NCBI GenBank assembly: GCA_963764165.1
Contig: CAVXRD010000001.1
Location: forward strand, 1-64,000
Direction: 5' to 3'
Length of the DNA: 64,000 nucleotides
DNA from: an uncultured Verrucomicrobiae bacterium
GTDB taxonomy: Bacteria; Verrucomicrobiota; Verrucomicrobiia; Limisphaerales; Palsa-1400
The translations under genes and the position numbers were made by a program. The notes under the pieces are model-generated. The model saw only the letters and a list, made by a program, of their open reading frames with translations. It made no database searches and was not told where the DNA came from. Of the stretch, positions 63,266 to 64,000 are shown one piece after another. The stretch's first letter is position 1, and the number at the start of each line of letters is the position of its first letter.

Positions 63266-63460
63266 ATGAAACGCAACAAACGCCGCTTGCCTGTTCCGCA
63301 GCACGAGTTTGGTTTTGTGCCCGATACGTTCACCCTGATTCAGGAAAACGGACTGGACGGAGACCGTCTGGCCCGCGAACGCGCCGAGGCAGACCGCGCC
63401 CGGATAATTGCCGAGAAAGCGCAAGCGGCTTTGTTCAACCCATCACCACGCAAAAACTGA
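63266..63460 (+). CDS. Small hypothetical protein
   Basis: 64-aa ORF tightly packed between radC and the next gene. Confidence 0.6.
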   Translation: MKRNKRRLPVPQHEFGFVPDTFTLIQENGLDGDRLARERAEADRARIIAEKAQAALFNPSPRKN

Positions 63461-63461
63461 T

Positions 63462-63863
63462 ATGAACACGAACGAAAACGAATCGCCCTTTGGGCCAATT
63501 GTTTACACCTACACCCGCGCCCAAGCCCTTGCCGACGGCGTGCAGGTTGACGTGACCGCCACCGCGCAGGAAGCCGGAATTCGGTTTCCCGTATTCCTGA
63601 CCCGCACAGTCTTTGACGCCTACGTGACCGTTCCGCCTAACGTGGACGGCCAAGACAAAGCCGGGAGACTTTGGGACGTGCTTACCCTCTTACGGCACGC
63701 CATCCGAACGGCACGGCCCGGACAAGACCGATTGCCGTTTGCGCTCTACGTGCGCAACGACAACCGCCGCGCAAAACTCGTGAAGCTGATCGCCGCTTGC
63801 GGCGCAAATGACATCGACGATCCCCAGCCCGCCATTACGGTAATGATGCCGGGGGAGGATTGA
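63462..63863 (+). CDS. Mobile-element hypothetical protein (DUF6573-like)
   Basis: YTYTRAQALADGVQVDV..AGIRFPV..GRLWDVL..ITVMMPGED. Confidence 0.75.
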   Translation: MNTNENESPFGPIVYTYTRAQALADGVQVDVTATAQEAGIRFPVFLTRTVFDAYVTVPPNVDGQDKAGRLWDVLTLLRHAIRTARPGQDRLPFALYVRNDNRRAKLVKLIAACGANDIDDPQPAITVMMPGED

Positions 63864-63881
63864 TCGCCCGAAAACACAAAT

Positions 63882-63916
63882 GTGGCTAGACCGGCAACGG
63901 TTTGGCCGCTTTTTTT
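63882..63916 (+). terminator. Intrinsic terminator
   Basis: GTGGCTAGACCG-GCAA-CGGTTTGGCCGC stem-loop followed by T7. Confidence 0.85.
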
Positions 63917-64000
63917 GCGATTGGGGACTTGCGCCGTCCCCAAACCCCCACCGCCAGAGGCATGGCCTCTGGACTCCATCACTCGCTTGCGCTGGCTTTT

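Larger units (their letters stand above)
51090..64000. mobile_element. Genomic island / mobilizable integrative element (right end outside window)
   Basis: att fragment at left end, MobA/MobL relaxase, T4 coupling protein, RadC operon, IS, AT-richer cargo genes. Confidence 0.75.

Overview
Bacterial genomic DNA. Gene content and style suggest Verrucomicrobiota (Pedosphaera-like); this is an inference, not a search result. The window has three zones. (1) 1-6.6 kb: methylmalonyl-CoA mutase genes (meaB, large subunit) end in a head-to-head junction between a 5'-truncated mutase small subunit and a 5'-truncated histidine kinase. A NarL-type regulator split by an IS5 element follows. (2) 6.8-48 kb: a redox/anaerobic-metabolism region. 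It holds heme synthesis genes (hemC, hemA, hemE-N-Y-H), System II cytochrome c maturation (ResB-like + CcsA), ferritin, FeoA, PFOR, an acyl-CoA synthetase/GNAT fusion and a sigma54 activator with candidate -24/-12 promoters. Most notably it holds what looks like a complete Geobacter-style extracellular electron transfer chain: a CbcL-like 9-heme c+b protein, an ImcH-like 7-heme NapC/NirT protein, a monoheme cytochrome c, and a cluster of OmcE-like tetraheme cytochrome, NHL lipoprotein, 9-heme lipoprotein, beta-barrel porin, second NHL lipoprotein and 11+1-heme cytochrome. (3) 48.5-64 kb: gene debris, then a displaced tRNA-Ala/tmRNA 3' fragment (att site), then a mobilizable genomic island. The island carries a truncated MobA/MobL relaxase, a candidate oriT, a T4 coupling protein, an AlbA_2/Schlafen-domain protein, a Sel1 gene split by a second IS5, a prepilin-like gene and a RadC/JAB operon. 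Several single-base frameshifts may be sequencing errors. All family assignments come from motif recognition; no database searches were run.
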